Assembly (NCBI RefSeq): GCF_003334385.1
Contig: NZ_QOWN01000017.1
DNA: 64,000 bases
From: Escherichia coli
GTDB lineage: Bacteria; Pseudomonadota; Gammaproteobacteria; Enterobacterales; Enterobacteriaceae
Direction: 5' to 3' (one strand)
Each line of letters starts with the position of its first letter. The stretch's first letter is position 1. The position numbers were made by a program, and so were the translations under genes. Below, in pieces: positions 10,547 through 21,112 of the stretch. The notes under the pieces are model-generated. The model was not told the DNA's origin and did not search any database. It was given only the letters and a program-made list of their open reading frames with translations.

Positions 10547-11797
10547 ATGGATATAATGAGAAGTGTTGTGGGGATGGTGGTGTTACTGGCAATAGCATTT
10601 CTGTTGTCAGTGAATAAAAAGAGCATCAGTTTGCGCACGGTTGGAGCCGCACTGCTGCTGCAAATCGCTATTGGTGGCATCATGCTCTACTTCCCACCGG
10701 GAAAATGGGCAGTAGAACAGGCGGCATTAGGCGTTCATAAAGTGATGTCTTACAGTGATGCCGGTAGCGCCTTCATTTTTGGTTCGCTGGTTGGGCCGAA
10801 AATGGATGTCCTGTTTGACGGTGCGGGTTTTATCTTCGCCTTTCGCGTACTTCCGGCGATTATTTTCGTTACTGCGCTCATCAGTCTGCTGTACTACATT
10901 GGCGTGATGGGGCTGCTGATTCGCATCCTTGGCAGCATTTTCCAGAAAGCCCTCAACATCAGCAAAATCGAATCTTTTGTTGCGGTTACTACTATTTTCC
11001 TCGGGCAAAATGAGATCCCGGCGATCGTTAAACCGTTTATCGATCGCATGAATCGCAACGAGTTGTTTACCGCAATTTGTCGCGGGATGGCGTCCATTGC
11101 TGGTTCGATGATGATTGGTTATGCCGGAATGGGCGTACCAATTGACTACCTGTTAGCGGCATCGCTGATGGCGATCCCTGGCGGGATTTTGTTTGCACGT
11201 ATTTTTAGCCCGGCAACCGAGCCTTCGCAGGTCACATTTGAAAATCTGTCGTTCAGCGAAACGCCGCCAAAAAGCTTTATCGAAGCGGCGGCGAGCGGTG
11301 CGATGACCGGGCTAAAAATCGCCGCTGGTGTGGCGACGGTGGTAATGGCGTTTGTCGCAATTATTGCGCTGATCAACGGCATTATCGGCGGAATTGGCGG
11401 CTGGTTTGGTTTCGCCAATGCCTCTCTGGAAAGTATTTTTGGCTATGTGCTGGCACCGCTGGCGTGGATCATGGGTGTGGACTGGAGTGATGCCAATCTT
11501 GCGGGTAGCCTGATTGGGCAGAAACTGGCGATTAACGAATTCGTCGCTTACCTGAGTTTCTCCCCATACCTGCAAACGGGCGGCACGCTGGAAGTGAAAA
11601 CCATTGCGATTATCTCCTTTGCGCTTTGTGGTTTTGCTAACTTTGGTTCTATCGGTGTTGTCGTTGGCGCATTTTCGGCTATTTCGCCAAAACGCGCGCC
11701 GGAAATCGCCCAGCTTGGTTTACGGGCGCTGGCAGCAGCAACGCTTTCCAACCTGATGAGTGCGACTATTGCCGGGTTCTTTATTGGTCTGGCGTAA
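10547..11797 (+). CDS. psuT: Concentrative nucleoside transporter (CNT family), putative pseudouridine transporter
   Basis: 416-aa polytopic ORF; paralogue of nupX in the same window. Confidence 0.9.
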   Translation: MDIMRSVVGMVVLLAIAFLLSVNKKSISLRTVGAALLLQIAIGGIMLYFPPGKWAVEQAALGVHKVMSYSDAGSAFIFGSLVGPKMDVLFDGAGFIFAFRVLPAIIFVTALISLLYYIGVMGLLIRILGSIFQKALNISKIESFVAVTTIFLGQNEIPAIVKPFIDRMNRNELFTAICRGMASIAGSMMIGYAGMGVPIDYLLAASLMAIPGGILFARIFSPATEPSQVTFENLSFSETPPKSFIEAAASGAMTGLKIAAGVATVVMAFVAIIALINGIIGGIGGWFGFANASLESIFGYVLAPLAWIMGVDWSDANLAGSLIGQKLAINEFVAYLSFSPYLQTGGTLEVKTIAIISFALCGFANFGSIGVVVGAFSAISPKRAPEIAQLGLRALAAATLSNLMSATIAGFFIGLA

Positions 11798-11806
11798 TGC
11801 TCGATT

Positions 11807-11846
11807 TGTAGACCGGATAAAACGTATTAAGCGTTGCATCCGGCAA
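11807..11846. repeat. REP-like palindromic element
   Basis: tgtagaccggataaaacg...gcgttgcatccggca dyad between convergent psuT and yeiL. Confidence 0.6.
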
Positions 11847-11867
11847 TCGCGCTATTGAAAATAATTT

Positions 11868-12527
11868 TTACTGCATCATCCCGGAGAATTTATTCTCCGG
11901 GTCCATCTCCAGCGCCAGTCCTGACAACTGCTTTCTGTTTTTAATGAGATACCCTTTCTTGCTTTTAATTAATAAACCGTCGTGAATGAACTGCGCGAGA
12001 ACATATAAAAGATGTCGATAAGAAACGCCTAAATACTCTGCCGCTTGCGTATGCTTTTCGTGATAAAGATCACCTTCCTGCGAGAGTAATATAAATGCTG
12101 CCAGGCGATTCACTAACGGAAATGATTGATTCTGAGTTAAAGAAACAATATTACGATAATTTTTATGACTTAAGGTGACGCAGAGTTTTCGTAAAAATAG
12201 CGTGTCGTTTAATAACAGCGGACGGTAATGTTTCATAGGGAGCGCAAGGCACCAACACTCTTCAATAGCCTGCACCGCACGCGGTTCATGGTCTTTATCG
12301 ATTAACTCAATCTCGCCAATAAAACAGGGGGCGGCAAAGAAATCGATCAGCGACACGCGACCATTAGCTAGCGTGGCGTAAAGCCTGGCGCGGCCTCGCG
12401 TCAGGTAAAACAGCCAGGACGGCTGTTGCCCTTCCTGCACAATGTAGTCACGCGCTAAAAAATGAAACAGCCGCGTATCGGCTGAAACATCCGTTAAAAA
12501 GCAATCCTTAAACGCGGATTCACTCAT
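11868..12527 (-). CDS. yeiL: CRP/FNR-family regulator YeiL (219 aa)
   Basis: Track ORF 11868..12566; start trimmed to ATG (MSESAFKDC...); cNMP-binding fold plus C-terminal HTH. Confidence 0.85.
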
Positions 12528-12695
12528 CAATTGCTGCTTAAGATCATTATTGTGGATTTCTTTCACGATGTTTATCCGCTATGAGATTTCTCATATTTAG
12601 CATACGTACGCTGTTGTTAAGATTCAATCATCGGCCCGGTCGAATTTTCTTTGCTGTAGAAAAAATAACGCAACTGGAAACAGAGGAAATAAACA

Positions 12696-13637
12696 ATGGA
12701 AAAGAGAAAAATTATTCTGGATTGTGAGCCGGGTCATGATGATGCTATTGCTATAATGATGGCGGCGAAACATCCGGCAATAGATTTATTAGGCATCACT
12801 ATTGTAGCGGGTAATCAGACGCTTGATAAAACATTAATTAATGGCCTGAATGTTTGCCAGAAACTGGAGATTAATGTTCCGGTTTATGCGGGGATGCCGC
12901 AGCCCATTATGCGTCAACAAATCGTTGCCGATAATATTCACGGTGAAACCGGACTGGATGGCCCGGTATTCGAGCCGCTGACCCGCCAGGCAGAAAGCAC
13001 TCATGCGGTGAAATATATCATTGATACCCTGATGGCAAGCGATGGCGATATCACTCTGGTGCCGGTTGGTCCGCTTTCAAATATCGCGGTGGCAATGCGT
13101 ATGCAACCCGCGATCCTGCCCAAAATCCGTGAAATTGTGCTAATGGGCGGCGCTTACGGTACAGGCAACTTCACGCCATCTGCCGAGTTCAACATCTTTG
13201 CCGACCCGGAAGCCGCACGCGTAGTGTTCACCTCCGGCGTTCCATTAGTGATGATGGGCCTCGATCTCACCAACCAGACCGTTTGCACCCCGGACGTGAT
13301 TGCTCGGATGGAAAGGGCAGGCGGCCCCGCCGGAGAGCTGTTCAGCGACATCATGAACTTCACTCTCAAAACGCAGTTCGAAAACTACGGCCTTGCTGGC
13401 GGCCCGGTGCACGACGCCACCTGCATCGGTTATCTGATTAACCCTGATGGCATTAAAACCCAGGAGATGTACGTCGAAGTGGACGTCAACAGTGGCCCTT
13501 GCTATGGGCGTACCGTCTGCGACGAGCTGGGCGTTCTTGGCAAGCCCGCCAATACCAAAGTCGGCATCACTATTGATACAGACTGGTTCTGGGGATTAGT
13601 CGAAGAGTGCGTGCGCGGCTACATCAAAACCCATTAA
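12696..13637 (+). CDS. rihB: Pyrimidine-specific ribonucleoside hydrolase RihB
   Basis: 313-aa ORF; IU-nucleoside hydrolase N-terminal DCEPGHDDA motif. Confidence 0.93.
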   Translation: MEKRKIILDCEPGHDDAIAIMMAAKHPAIDLLGITIVAGNQTLDKTLINGLNVCQKLEINVPVYAGMPQPIMRQQIVADNIHGETGLDGPVFEPLTRQAESTHAVKYIIDTLMASDGDITLVPVGPLSNIAVAMRMQPAILPKIREIVLMGGAYGTGNFTPSAEFNIFADPEAARVVFTSGVPLVMMGLDLTNQTVCTPDVIARMERAGGPAGELFSDIMNFTLKTQFENYGLAGGPVHDATCIGYLINPDGIKTQEMYVEVDVNSGPCYGRTVCDELGVLGKPANTKVGITIDTDWFWGLVEECVRGYIKTH

Positions 13638-13736
13638 GTGTTGATAACAAGCCGGGCCGGTATCGCAAGATGCAGGCCTGGCTATTTCTGATGGGCAGAA
13701 AGCCGTCGCCCAATATGACATGAAGAGATAATCACT

Positions 13737-14987
13737 ATGGATGTCATGAGAAGTGTTCTGGGAATGGTGGTATTGCTGACGATTGCGTTTTTACTGTCAG
13801 TAAACAAGAAGAAGATCAGCCTGCGTACCGTTGGCGCGGCGTTAGTGTTACAGGTCGTGATTGGCGGCATTATGCTTTGGTTACCGCTAGGGCGTTGGGT
13901 CGCTGAAAAAGTCGCTTTTGGCGTGCATAAAGTGATGGCGTACAGCGACGCGGGTAGCGCATTTATCTTCGGTTCTCTGGTCGGACCGAAAATGGATACC
14001 TTATTTGATGGTGCAGGATTTATCTTTGGTTTCAGGGTGTTACCGGCAATTATCTTCGTCACCGCGCTGGTGAGTATTCTCTACTACATCGGTGTGATGG
14101 GGATTTTAATTCGAATTCTCGGCGGTATCTTCCAGAAAGCATTAAATATCAGCAAGATCGAGTCATTCGTCGCGGTCACCACCATTTTCCTCGGGCAAAA
14201 CGAAATTCCGGCAATCGTCAAACCCTTTATCGATCGTCTGAATCGCAATGAATTATTTACAGCGATTTGTAGTGGCATGGCCTCGATTGCTGGTTCGACA
14301 ATGATTGGTTACGCCGCACTGGGCGTGCCTGTGGAATATCTGCTGGCGGCATCATTAATGGCGATCCCTGGCGGGATCTTGTTTGCCCGCCTGTTAAGCC
14401 CGGCAACGGAATCTTCGCAGGTTTCCTTTAATAACCTCTCTTTCACCGAAACACCGCCAAAAAGCATTATTGAAGCCGCTGCGACAGGGGCAATGACCGG
14501 GCTGAAAATCGCCGCAGGTGTGGCAACAGTGGTGATGGCATTTGTTGCAATAATTGCGTTGATTAACGGTATTATCGGCGGCGTTGGTGGCTGGTTTGGT
14601 TTTGAACATGCCTCGCTGGAGTCCATTTTAGGTTACCTGCTGGCTCCACTGGCGTGGGTGATGGGTGTGGACTGGAGTGATGCGAATCTTGCCGGGAGTT
14701 TGATTGGACAGAAACTGGCAATAAATGAATTTGTCGCTTATCTCAATTTCTCACCCTATCTGCAAACGGCTGGCACTCTCGATGCTAAAACTGTGGCGAT
14801 TATTTCCTTCGCGTTGTGCGGTTTCGCTAACTTTGGTTCTATCGGGGTGGTGGTGGGGGCGTTTTCTGCGGTTGCGCCACACCGTGCGCCGGAAATCGCC
14901 CAGCTTGGTTTACGGGCGCTGGCGGCGGCGACGCTTTCCAACTTGATGAGTGCGACCATTGCCGGGTTCTTTATTGGTTTAGCTTGA
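13737..14987 (+). CDS. nupX: Nucleoside permease NupX (CNT family)
   Basis: 416-aa ORF, paralogous to psuT over its full length. Confidence 0.93.
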   Translation: MDVMRSVLGMVVLLTIAFLLSVNKKKISLRTVGAALVLQVVIGGIMLWLPLGRWVAEKVAFGVHKVMAYSDAGSAFIFGSLVGPKMDTLFDGAGFIFGFRVLPAIIFVTALVSILYYIGVMGILIRILGGIFQKALNISKIESFVAVTTIFLGQNEIPAIVKPFIDRLNRNELFTAICSGMASIAGSTMIGYAALGVPVEYLLAASLMAIPGGILFARLLSPATESSQVSFNNLSFTETPPKSIIEAAATGAMTGLKIAAGVATVVMAFVAIIALINGIIGGVGGWFGFEHASLESILGYLLAPLAWVMGVDWSDANLAGSLIGQKLAINEFVAYLNFSPYLQTAGTLDAKTVAIISFALCGFANFGSIGVVVGAFSAVAPHRAPEIAQLGLRALAAATLSNLMSATIAGFFIGLA

Positions 14988-14991
14988 GTGT

Positions 14992-15088
14992 CATTGCCTG
15001 ATGCGCAAGCTTATCAGGCCTACATTTACTTGCTGAAATTGCCTGATTTGTAGGCCGGATAAGACGCGTTAAGCGTCGCATCCGGCAA
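14992..15088. repeat. BIME (two REP units)
   Basis: gcctgatgcgcaagcttatcaggcctaca and tgtaggccggataagacgcgttaagcgtcgcatccggca between convergent nupX and yeiI. Confidence 0.8.
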
Positions 15089-15093
15089 CATTG

Positions 15094-16182
15094 TTACACC
15101 ATTGGCACTAATGAAAGCGCGTTATCGGCAGACAGGGTAGGGTTGTTTAAGCTGCCGCTGGCGCGCGAAATTGCCGCGCAGGCTACCGCAAAACGGGCGC
15201 TGTCGCGGAAACTGTATCCTTCAAGAAAGCTATATACCAGGCCCGCCATAAAACCATCGTCAGCACCAAAACTGTCTACTGTCGTATGCGCTGGCGCGGT
15301 CAGCAAAAATTGTTCTCCATCCTTTTCGCTGCAATAAACTGACTCATCGGGCAAATAAACAAACAGTTGCTGAACACCTTGCTGATGCAATGCATTCACT
15401 GCGGTATTACGGTCAGCATCGCTGGTGATCGCCTGTCCCCATAAAATTTCCAGCTCCGGTAAAGTGGGTTTCAGGGTGTGAATATGCGCCAGCCAGTGTT
15501 TGATTTTGCCCGCTTTGAATTCTGAAACGGTATCGACAAACACCGGGATTTCATCAGCGAGGGTAAAGACCCATTCCAGCGCCTCGGCTGTCAGGTTGCA
15601 ATCAGCCAGTACCACGCCCGCATGACGAAGTAAATCGCGCGACCCGTTCAGTAGTTGCGGTGTCAACTGTTCCAGCAGATGGGTATCGTTAATCGCCAGC
15701 ACGGTTTGATCGTCTCGATTGGCAATTGCCAGATACGTCGATGTGCTTTGACCATGCAAACGAACGCAGCCGGAGACATTCACGCCGGCACGGCGCGTTT
15801 CTTCCAGGAGCATTTCGCCATAAAAGTCATCGCCAATCACTGAAAGCAAATGGACGTCACGGCCTAACAGCGCCAGATTGTGGGCGATGTTGCGTCCCAC
15901 GCCGCCCGCTGAGCAATGAATTGTACCGGGATGAGAAGCCGATTGCGGGTAACGGATATCCGCCATCCCGCGAATATCCATATTGATTGTCCCCACCACT
16001 ACGCAGTATTCCTGCTCGGTGAGAATGTAACCTTTGCCTTTAATCCGGCCTTTGCGCATTAAATCCATAATATGCGCCGCAACGCGCGAACGGCTGATTT
16101 GCAGCATGTCCGCAATTTCGTTCTGCTGAATCAGCGGGTTACGCCGTAAAATTGCAAGGATCTCCTTTTCCCGGTTATTCAT
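15094..16182 (-). CDS. yeiI: YeiI, N-terminal HTH fused to PfkB-family kinase
   Basis: 362-aa ORF; kinase domain paralogous to psuK. Confidence 0.9.
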   Translation of the reverse strand: MNNREKEILAILRRNPLIQQNEIADMLQISRSRVAAHIMDLMRKGRIKGKGYILTEQEYCVVVGTINMDIRGMADIRYPQSASHPGTIHCSAGGVGRNIAHNLALLGRDVHLLSVIGDDFYGEMLLEETRRAGVNVSGCVRLHGQSTSTYLAIANRDDQTVLAINDTHLLEQLTPQLLNGSRDLLRHAGVVLADCNLTAEALEWVFTLADEIPVFVDTVSEFKAGKIKHWLAHIHTLKPTLPELEILWGQAITSDADRNTAVNALHQQGVQQLFVYLPDESVYCSEKDGEQFLLTAPAHTTVDSFGADDGFMAGLVYSFLEGYSFRDSARFAVACAAISRASGSLNNPTLSADNALSLVPMV

Positions 16183-16184
16183 CT

Positions 16185-17042
16185 TCAGGCTACCGCTTTT
16201 TCAGTTTGTTGCGCTTTCAGCCAGGCGATCTCTTCTGCCCAGATATCCGGGTTGATGGTTTCGAGGATCAGCGGAATGCCGTCGAAACGGTCGTCCTGCA
16301 TGATCCAGCGGAACGCATCATGACCGATATTGCCTTCACCGAGGCTATGATGGCGGTCAACGCGGCTGCCAAAGGTGCTTTTCGCATCGTTAAGGTGCAT
16401 CCCGCGCAGATACTTAAAGCCGACAGTACGGGCAAAATCCGCGAATGTTTTCTCGCATTCGGCTGGAGTACGCAAATCATACCCGGCAGCGAAAGCATGG
16501 CAGGTATCAATGCAGACGCCGACGCGGGATTTATCTTCCACGCCGTCGATAATCGCCGCGAGATGTTCGAATTTAAACCCTAAGTTACTGCCCTGACCGG
16601 CGGTGTTTTCTATCACCGCTGTCACACCTTGAGTTTTATCCAGCGCAATGTTGATGGATTCGGCAATACGCGCAAGGCAATCCTCTTCTGAAATCTGCAT
16701 CAGATGGCTGCCAGGGTGGAAGTTGAGCAAAGAAAGCCCCAGCTGTTCGCAACGCTGCATTTCATCTATAAAGGCATCGCGCGATTTTTCCAGAGCTTCA
16801 GTGACCGGATGTCCGAGGTTAATCAGATAACTGTCGTGGGGAAGAATTTGCGCCGATGTGTAGTGATATTTTTCACAGGCGGCTTTGAATTCATCGATGG
16901 TTTGCGTCGTGAGCGGTGCGGCACGCCACTGACGTTGGTTTTTGGTGAACAAGGCAAACGCGGTTGCGTCGATTTCGGCGGCGCGAATTGCGGCATTTGC
17001 CAGACCGCCAGCAGCACTAACGTGCGCTCCAATGTATTTCAT
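16185..17042 (-). CDS. nfo: Endonuclease IV (AP endonuclease)
   Basis: 285-aa ORF matching Nfo from start [13 protein letters not shown]. Confidence 0.95.
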
Positions 17043-17115
17043 GCGAGGACTCCTGTTAAACCCGCTGGAGGAAAACGGTAATGATAGCGGGTTAACAGGA
17101 GCAAGATGTAGTGGT

Positions 17116-18165
17116 TTATGCGATGACGCTTTGAATCACATAGTTAATCGCACCACCACCAACAATCAGCCAGGCAAACAGTACCAGTGCCATCAGCAGA
17201 GGTTTCGCCCCAGCTTTTTTCAGCGCGCTGACGTGAGTGGTCAGACCCAGCGCCGCCATCGCCATTGCCAGCAGGAAGGTATCCAGCGTTACCAGCATGT
17301 TCACCACGCTCTGCGGTAACAGGTGGAACGAGTTAAAGATGGCAACTACGATGAACAAGATGGCAAACCACGGAATAGTGATTTTGCTTTTCTCGCCGCT
17401 GTTCGCCCCAGACAGCTGTTTAACACGCGCCGCCAGCAGGATGAGGAACGGAGCCAGCATCATCACGCGCAGCATTTTGGAAATAACTGCTGCGTTTTCC
17501 GCATCCGGGCTGATGGCATGACCTGCCGCCACCACCTGCGCCACTTCGTGCACAGTAGAACCAATGTAGATACCGAAAGTTTCCGGACTAAACCATTGAG
17601 ACATCAGCGGATATATCGCCGGGTAGAGGAAAATCGCGACGGTCCCGAAGATAACAACGGTTGCAACAGCCACGGTTACTTTACTGGCTTCCGCTTTCAC
17701 TACCGGCTCAGTCGCCAGTACCGCGGCAGCACCACAGATACTGCTACCGGCACCGATCAACCAGCTGGTGTGCTTATCCAGACCAAACACTTTCTGCCCC
17801 AGGAAGCAAGCCAGCAGGAAGGTACTGGACAGCGTCAACACGTCAATGATGATCCCACTGATACCGACATCGGCAATTTGCGAGAACGTCAGACGGAAGC
17901 CATAAAGAATGATACCCAGACGTAATAAATATTGCTTGGCAAACAGCACACCACCGTCACAGCTTTTCCAGATGTGCGGATAGATGGTGTTGCCTAAAAC
18001 CATCCCCAACAAGATTGCGAGGGTGAGGGCACTAAACCCGGCACCCGCAACCGCGGGAATGGAACCACCCCACAGGGCGACCCCGGTGATAACTGCACTC
18101 AGGGCTAACCCCGGAATAAAATGCCACAGTGTACGATGTTGTTTCTGTAAGGTGATATTCGTCAT
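17116..18165 (-). CDS. yeiH: UPF0324 inner membrane protein YeiH
   Basis: 349-aa polytopic ORF; divergent from yeiE. Confidence 0.9.
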
Positions 18166-18263
18166 AACCCTCTCCTTTAACCGGGCATAAGGTTACGACT
18201 AACTGGTTTAAAAATAAAATTGATTATATATTTATAATTAATCTTTATAAGTGGTAAGCGACT

Positions 18264-19145
18264 ATGCACATCACCCTCCGGCAGTTGGAAGTTTTTGCAG
18301 AAGTATTGAAAAGTGGATCAACCACCCAGGCGTCGGTGATGCTGGCGTTGTCGCAATCAGCAGTGAGCGCAGCCTTGACCGACCTGGAAGGGCAGCTTGG
18401 CGTGCAACTGTTTGATCGCGTGGGGAAAAGACTGGTTGTTAATGAACACGGGCGGCTGCTCTATCCGCGTGCGTTGGCATTGCTTGAACAGGCGGTTGAA
18501 ATCGAACAACTGTTTCGCGAAGACAACGGCGCGATTCGTATCTATGCCAGTAGTACCATCGGTAACTACATTCTGCCTGCAGTTATCGCCCGTTATCGCC
18601 ATGATTATCCGCAGTTGCCGATTGAACTTAGCGTTGGGAATAGCCAGGACGTGATGCAAGCGGTGCTGGATTTCCGCGTTGATATTGGCTTTATTGAAGG
18701 ACCGTGCCACAGCACTGAAATCATTTCTGAACCGTGGCTGGAAGACGAGCTGGTGGTTTTCGCCGCGCCGACTTCGCCGTTGGCCCGTGGTCCGGTCACC
18801 TTAGAACAGCTGGCCGCTGCGCCGTGGATCCTGCGTGAACGCGGTTCCGGCACGCGGGAGATTGTCGATTATCTGTTGCTGTCACATTTACCGAAGTTTG
18901 AGATGGCGATGGAATTAGGTAACTCCGAGGCAATCAAACATGCGGTGCGTCATGGGTTGGGAATTAGTTGCCTGTCGCGACGTGTGATTGAAGATCAATT
19001 GCAGGCAGGCACATTAAGTGAAGTTGCGGTCCCTCTGCCGCGCCTGATGCGTACGTTGTGGCGTATACATCATCGGCAAAAACACCTTTCCAACGCGCTA
19101 CGGCGCTTTCTGGACTATTGCGATCCCGCAAATGTGCCGCGTTAA
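18264..19145 (+). CDS. yeiE: LysR-family transcriptional regulator YeiE
   Basis: 293-aa ORF; N-terminal LysR HTH ([10 protein letters not shown]). Confidence 0.93.
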
Positions 19146-19349
19146 GTTGCTGTACAAGAACATGCTGGTGCTGTGTCGATTTCGTGACGCAGCGCCTTCA
19201 GCATGCATTCGCCAGAAAAGAGATTGGCTGCTTTACTTATAATCCCTGGGCGATCATGAAGGTGTCTTATAACCGTGTATTTCTGCCGGAAGGATTGCCA
19301 ATCGTCTGCTACAATCGCGCCTCATTTTTAAGATGGATAGCATTTTTGT

Positions 19350-20819
19350 ATGGTTTCCGAAACTAAAACCACAGAAGCGCCGGGCTTACGCCGTGAATTA
19401 AAGGCGCGTCACCTGACGATGATTGCCATTGGCGGTTCCATCGGTACAGGTCTTTTTGTTGCCTCTGGCGCAACGATTTCTCAGGCAGGTCCGGGCGGGG
19501 CATTGCTCTCGTATATGCTGATTGGCCTGATGGTTTACTTCCTGATGACCAGTCTCGGTGAACTGGCTGCATATATGCCGGTTTCCGGTTCGTTTGCCAC
19601 TTACGGTCAGAACTATGTTGAAGAAGGCTTTGGCTTCGCGCTGGGCTGGAACTACTGGTACAACTGGGCGGTGACTATCGCCGTTGACCTGGTTGCAGCT
19701 CAGCTGGTCATGAGCTGGTGGTTCCCGGATACACCGGGCTGGATCTGGAGTGCGTTGTTCCTCGGCGTTATCTTCCTGCTGAACTACATCTCAGTTCGTG
19801 GCTTTGGTGAAGCGGAATACTGGTTCTCACTGATCAAAGTCACGACAGTTATTGTCTTTATCATCGTTGGCGTGCTGATGATTATCGGTATCTTCAAAGG
19901 CGCGCAGCCTGCGGGCTGGAGCAACTGGACAATCGGCGAAGCGCCGTTTGCTGGTGGTTTTGCGGCGATGATCGGCGTAGCTATGATTGTCGGCTTCTCT
20001 TTCCAGGGAACCGAGCTGATCGGTATTGCTGCAGGCGAGTCCGAAGATCCGGCGAAAAACATTCCACGCGCGGTACGTCAGGTGTTCTGGCGAATCCTGT
20101 TGTTCTATGTGTTCGCGATCCTGATTATCAGCCTGATTATTCCGTACACCGATCCGAGCCTGCTGCGTAACGATGTTAAAGACATCAGCGTTAGTCCGTT
20201 CACCCTGGTGTTCCAGCACGCGGGTCTGCTCTCTGCGGCGGCGGTGATGAACGCAGTTATTCTGACGGCGGTGCTGTCAGCGGGTAACTCCGGTATGTAT
20301 GCGTCTACTCGTATGCTGTACACCCTGGCGTGTGACGGTAAAGCGCCGCGCATTTTCGCTAAACTGTCGCGTGGTGGCGTGCCGCGTAATGCGCTGTATG
20401 CGACGACGGTGATTGCCGGTCTGTGCTTCCTGACCTCCATGTTTGGCAACCAGACGGTATACCTGTGGCTGCTGAACACCTCCGGGATGACGGGTTTTAT
20501 CGCCTGGCTGGGGATTGCCATTAGCCACTATCGCTTCCGTCGCGGTTACGTATTGCAGGGACACGACATTAACGATCTGCCGTACCGTTCAGGTTTCTTC
20601 CCACTGGGGCCGATCTTCGCATTCATTCTGTGTCTGATTATCACTTTGGGCCAGAACTACGAAGCGTTCCTGAAAGATACTATTGACTGGGGCGGCGTAG
20701 CGGCAACGTATATTGGTATCCCGCTGTTCCTGATTATTTGGTTCGGCTACAAGCTGATTAAAGGAACTCACTTCGTACGCTACAGCGAAATGAAGTTCCC
20801 GCAGAACGATAAGAAATAA
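19350..20819 (+). CDS. lysP: Lysine-specific permease LysP (APC family)
   Basis: 489-aa ORF, 12-TM amino-acid permease. Confidence 0.95.
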   Translation: MVSETKTTEAPGLRRELKARHLTMIAIGGSIGTGLFVASGATISQAGPGGALLSYMLIGLMVYFLMTSLGELAAYMPVSGSFATYGQNYVEEGFGFALGWNYWYNWAVTIAVDLVAAQLVMSWWFPDTPGWIWSALFLGVIFLLNYISVRGFGEAEYWFSLIKVTTVIVFIIVGVLMIIGIFKGAQPAGWSNWTIGEAPFAGGFAAMIGVAMIVGFSFQGTELIGIAAGESEDPAKNIPRAVRQVFWRILLFYVFAILIISLIIPYTDPSLLRNDVKDISVSPFTLVFQHAGLLSAAAVMNAVILTAVLSAGNSGMYASTRMLYTLACDGKAPRIFAKLSRGGVPRNALYATTVIAGLCFLTSMFGNQTVYLWLLNTSGMTGFIAWLGIAISHYRFRRGYVLQGHDINDLPYRSGFFPLGPIFAFILCLIITLGQNYEAFLKDTIDWGGVAATYIGIPLFLIIWFGYKLIKGTHFVRYSEMKFPQNDKK

Positions 20820-20838
20820 GTTTCCTCCCTTCCTTGCT

Positions 20839-20866
20839 AAGCCCTCTCAACCGAGAGGGCTTTTTC
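20839..20866 (+). terminator. lysP Rho-independent terminator
   Basis: AAGCCCTCTC-AACC-GAGAGGGCTT followed by TTTTT. Confidence 0.85.
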
Positions 20867-20916
20867 AATTCCATTTCCCTGACAAATCATGCGGATATAA
20901 AATTTAACATTTGGAT

Positions 20917-20946
20917 TGATAATTGTTATCGTTTGCATTATCGTTA
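20917..20946 (+). promoter_or_regulatory. Fur box in cirA promoter
   Basis: TGATAATTGTTATCGTTTGCATTATCG contains overlapping GATAAT/ATTATC hexamers typical of Fur operators. Confidence 0.8.
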
Positions 20947-21112
20947 CACCGCAATCAAAAAAGGCTGACAAATCAGAGGCTGTTCCGGCTTTCTGGGATG
21001 ATCACCTGCATAAAAAATAAGTCCACCGCGATGCTGCCGTACGCAAGGGGACGTGAAGAAGATGTGAGCGATAACCCATTTTATTTTCGTAGTTACCTCA
21101 TGGAGATATGGA

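Noticed and set aside
19058-19366. 102-aa ORF spanning the yeiE 3' end and lysP 5' region
   Set aside because: Overlaps two well-supported genes and the lysP leader; no SD.
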